IMG/VR virus record: IMGVR_UViG_3300046733_001096
Span: 14,947 to 78,946 of that record
Source of the DNA: a virus
Length of the DNA stretch: 64,000 bases
Strand: one strand, 5' to 3'
The notes beneath the pieces are model-generated. The model saw only the letters and a list, made by a program, of their open reading frames with translations. It had not been told where the DNA came from and searched no databases. Below, one piece after another: positions 62,979 through 64,000 of the stretch. The position numbers and the translations under genes were made by a program. Position 1 is the first letter of the stretch. Every line of letters starts with the position of its first letter.

Positions 62979-63531
62979 GTTGTACCACAATACTCACAGC
63001 ATATGCAATTGCGTGTGCCTTTTTAAAGTAATAACTATTATCTACTGGCTTCGTCCATACATTCGCTTTAATAACATCTATACTTTCATTTAATAGATAT
63101 CTTTTTGCAGGACGGATTATAGCAAGTACTTCTGCCAATTCTATAACACTCTGTGGTTTTAATACTCGCAAAACATCTATATGATTATGTACATGTGCAA
63201 GTTGTTCAACAATTTCAGAGTGTTCTAATAACTCCCACATTGGTTCTTTGTTTGTTAATTCAGATAGATGTGCATCATCACGCACACCATTATATAAACT
63301 ATTATTCAGAAAATCTAATTTGAAGTATCCACGTTCTTCTGCTTCTTTGTATTCAATACTTGCCAGATTGCTTACCGGATCATATGGTATCTCAGATACA
63401 TATACACCACTATTATGTTTTGAATAAATGCTATTCTTTTTAATACTTGCGGGTATATGCTTAATTAAACTGAGAATTTCATCTCTGTCTAAAATATCAA
63501 TATCAATATCTGTTTGATTTTTCATTACCAA
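62938..63531 (-). CDS. truncated DNA polymerase III alpha-like protein (mini-DnaE)
   Basis: DIDID, KHNSGVY, GYFKLDFL, LAIIRP, YYFKKAHA.AYA. Confidence 0.85.
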   Translation of the reverse strand: MVMKNQTDIDIDILDRDEILSLIKHIPASIKKNSIYSKHNSGVYVSEIPYDPVSNLASIEYKEAEERGYFKLDFLNNSLYNGVRDDAHLSELTNKEPMWELLEHSEIVEQLAHVHNHIDVLRVLKPQSVIELAEVLAIIRPAKRYLLNESIDVIKANVWTKPVDNSYYFKKAHAIAYAVSIVVQLNLICEQVELTAV

Positions 63532-63734
63532 ATACCCAATGTTCTTCCATTACCTGCTATTATAGCACAACACGTAATAATATGCAAGACAATCCAGAAG
63601 GTTCTGAACAATAAAGCACGTTTAACATCTGTTTGTGTAATAGGGAGAAATTCAGGCTTATCATCATCAGTGATGCCTATTGGCATACCGACTGTTCTTG
63701 CCCACATTTTTAAAAATCGTCTTTGTCCACTCAT
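63525..63734 (-). CDS. small membrane protein
   Basis: WARTVG...DDDKP...RTFW..LHIITC..II.GN. Confidence 0.65.
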   Translation of the reverse strand: MSGQRRFLKMWARTVGMPIGITDDDKPEFLPITQTDVKRALLFRTFWIVLHIITCCAIIAGNGRTLGIW

Positions 63735-64000
63735 TTCCATACCATTATAAACATAGCAGCATCGTCGTCCAATTCGAAGTATAGGGACCCTCTATGCGCC
63801 ACGTAGGACCCCTCACAGGTATCATTACACCAATCTATTAATTCTGTTAATACTCCTGATCCGGGAACCATTTCATTCGTAAATTTAATATTTTCTTTAG
63901 ATACACTCGTCCACTTTAAAAATTCTTTATTTTCGAAGTCTGAGAAAAACTTCCGACGGTTACGTGCCTTACCTTCAATCTTACGAAGCCTATCGAGTAA
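63731..64000 (-). CDS. hypothetical protein (5' end outside window)
   Basis: Open frame ending ...IDWC...YFELDDDAAMFIMVWK-stop. Confidence 0.65.
   Translation of the reverse strand, partial: LLDRLRKIEGKARNRRKFFSDFENKEFLKWTSVSKENIKFTNEMVPGSGVLTELIDWCNDTCEGSYVAHRGSLYFELDDDAAMFIMVWK

Noticed and set aside
1-64000. Stop-codon reassignment as seen in some large phages
   Set aside because: Conserved genes are full length and densely packed under the standard code, with TAA, TGA and TAG all ending genes

Overview
AT-rich segment of a large (jumbo-type) tailed-phage genome, read with the standard genetic code. Most genes are on the minus strand, with plus-strand islands at about 1-5.7 kb, 34.5-35.7 kb and 62.6-63.0 kb. 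Host-like genes point to an alphaproteobacterial host, most likely Rhodobacteraceae/Roseobacter group: a permuted two-piece tmRNA, corrinoid protein, ATP synthase subunit c, pseudoazurin, DUF1127 protein and FdxA. Core content: UvsE, putative head-internal/virion proteins, GH19 endolysin, PAAR and tail-fibre-like proteins, helicase, primase, a mini-DnaE, a Cas4-like exonuclease and a DNA methyltransferase with a nuclease-like neighbour. Most notable: (1) a translation-rescue/proteolysis set (two-piece tmRNA with tag ANANYAPEMALAA, ClpX, ClpP, ClpS, Hsp20 with a ROSE-like thermometer, PepA, IF3, bS21); (2) a 6.7-kb operon of six Fe(II)/2OG-type oxygenases plus desaturase, GNAT, SDR and kinase, including atypical HxA and HxN metal motifs; (3) a late small-protein operon with a structured leader, DUF1127-like proteins and an ATP synthase c subunit whose F1-coupling loop is remodelled; (4) a shared N-terminal MKIxEI..E signal on many putative packaged enzymes; (5) distinct promoter classes: GANTC-containing sigma70 promoters, leaderless sigma70 promoters on replication genes and (G/T)ATAAATA late promoters. 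All protein calls come from motif recognition by eye; no searches were run.
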